Shown here: in pieces, positions 62,636-64,000 of the stretch
Layout of the letters: each line of letters starts with the position of its first letter
Position numbering within the stretch: position 1 is the stretch's first letter
Assembly: GCF_000315625.1 (NCBI RefSeq)
Contig: NW_005434612.1
Location: 417,325-481,324 of the forward strand
Direction: 5' to 3'
Source: Guillardia theta CCMP2712
Taxonomy: Eukaryota > Protista > Cryptophyta
Length of the DNA: 64,000 nt
Position numbers and translations under genes: made by a program
Notes under the pieces: generated by a model
Databases searched by the model: none
The model's input: the letters and a program-made list of their open reading frames with translations, nothing else
What the model was told of the DNA's origin: nothing

Positions 62636-63407
62636 TTGTACCGCACGGCTGGCTATAAAACTTCAAGTCAACAAAATCGATATATATATCTATTTATTCC
62701 TCAAAATCAGTACAAAATTTGCTCCATGTCGAAAACATTTCAGTACTAATGTAAAGGTTCCGCTCAACTTTTTTGTAGGCTGTTGGAGGAGCTAAAATAG
62801 ACTATAAAACTCCGGACTCAAAAATGTTTCAAGAAGATCTTGAATATCTCAGGTCAAATTTCAAATCAGGCTGTGATCGCATGATGAGTTCAACGGGGGA
62901 CGTGACCACAAATCATCCATCGGAAATTTCTTCTCCTAGTACGTCAGTCAAGGTCACGTGCCTAGTAACGTGACTGATGATTCTGCGATCTCGTGACTAT
63001 TAGGACATTTCAAGCCATAACGAGTCACCCAGACCCGGCAGTCAAACTTCCGAGTTCAGTGTTACTGAGAGTAGCCGGCACTGCCGTCGGCCCTCCGGCC
63101 GGCCGCCGGGCGCCGATGGTCACCGGGCCCAGTGACTCAGTGACCGGCGTCATCATCGCGGCCGCACTGAGCTTGGGATCATGTGTACCGGCCCAGCGTG
63201 GCGGTGGCCAGACACCTCCCGGCCGCCGCCGGAAGGCGGTTTACGGTTCCGTTCCGGGACTCGGAGACTCAGTTACTCGGAAGTTCTGAATCCGCCGGGC
63301 CGAGAAACACTCACAGGCAGCAAGTTTCAACATACAAGGGTCGAACCATCTGCCCTCTTGCTCTTCTATTTGTTCTACTGAGGCGAGCGGGGCATTAGCA
63401 CTTCCCC

Positions 63408-63647
63408 ATGCTACCGCTCTTGCTTGCGCTCATGGCGCAAACAGTCGGAAGCTTCGAGGCAGGAAGCGCGGCATGCTGGGTCAAGATGGGAAGAGCTTCC
63501 ATGGGTCGAAGAGCGGGAACAGGTGTTGTACCTCCTGCTGGATCGTTACGGGCAGGAGGAGGAGGGAGAGGAAGGAGCGGGGCAACAACATTCAGCAGCT
63601 CCGCCTCTGAGGCAATCTTCAGCTTCGGAGTGATTTCAGACATTCAG
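63408..63647 (+). CDS. first exon of an ADPRM-like (Mn-dependent ADP-ribose/CDP-alcohol diphosphatase) metallophosphoesterase with signal peptide
   Basis: IFSFGVISDIQ matches the family motif FSFGxIxDxQYAD. Leader MLPLLLALMAQTVGS|F; probable GC donor at 63648. Confidence 0.65.
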
Positions 63648-63654
63648 GCAGGGC

Positions 63655-64000
63655 CGATGATCTTATCTTTAGCATCTCATCTATTATGCTGATCTTATCT
63701 TTAGCGTCTCATCTCTTATGCTGATCGTATCTTTAGCGTCTCATCTATTATGCTGATCGTATCTTTAGCGTCTCATCTCTTATGCTGATCTTATCTTTAG
63801 CGTCTCATCTATTATGCTGATCGTATCTTTAGCGTCTCATCTCTTATGCTGATCTTATCTTTAGCGTCTCATCTCTATGCTGATCGTATCTTTAGCGTCT
63901 CATCTCTATGCTGATCGTATCTTTAGCATCTCATCTCTTATGCTGATCTTATCCTTAGCATCTCATCTCTATGATGATCTCATCCTTAGCATCTCATCTC
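63655..64000. repeat. 32-bp intronic minisatellite (ATGCTGATCTTATCTTTAGCGTCTCATCTCTT)
   Basis: About 11 tandem copies, period 31-32. Confidence 0.95.

Noticed and set aside
57200-63000. Terminal inverted repeats or target-site duplication bounding the orphan island
   Set aside because: None found by eye, so the element class could not be assigned.

Overview
Gene-dense eukaryotic nuclear DNA with short spliceosomal introns, microsatellite-filled introns and four N-gaps. Several proteins carry signal peptide + Phe bipartite leaders, which suggests an alga with a red secondary plastid. The overall style resembles a cryptophyte such as Guillardia theta, but this is inference. Host genes, in order: RCC1-repeat protein, Atg22/UMF1-like MFS transporter, plastid glyoxalase-like protein, GT23-like glycosyltransferase, DUF1764-like protein, a probable CTC1 (telomeric CST subunit), a small CCCH protein, lumenal Deg protease, ABCG half-transporter, CutA, PIG3-type quinone oxidoreductase, RPSA, PP2C, a CCCH/RRM protein, RPF2, tRNA-Val(CAC), amidophosphoribosyltransferase, plastid Fd-GOGAT, DNAJA and the start of an ADPRM-like phosphoesterase. 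Two accessory regions stand out. (1) About 41.3-47.95 kb is a nest of scrambled, inverted and self-inserted fragments of a CRE-like (restriction-like endonuclease) non-LTR retrotransposon. (2) About 57.5-62.9 kb is an AT-richer island of intronless orphan ORFs. It includes a 13x18-aa Cys/His zinc-repeat protein with localized variable residues, an NLS and a duplicated acidic module, plus an 88-bp tandem array and a duplicated palindromic leader. Intergenic DNA also alternates between CpG-rich palindromic-word islands and GGGGTA/TACCCC-rich tracts. Coordinates of multi-exon genes are hand-derived and approximate.
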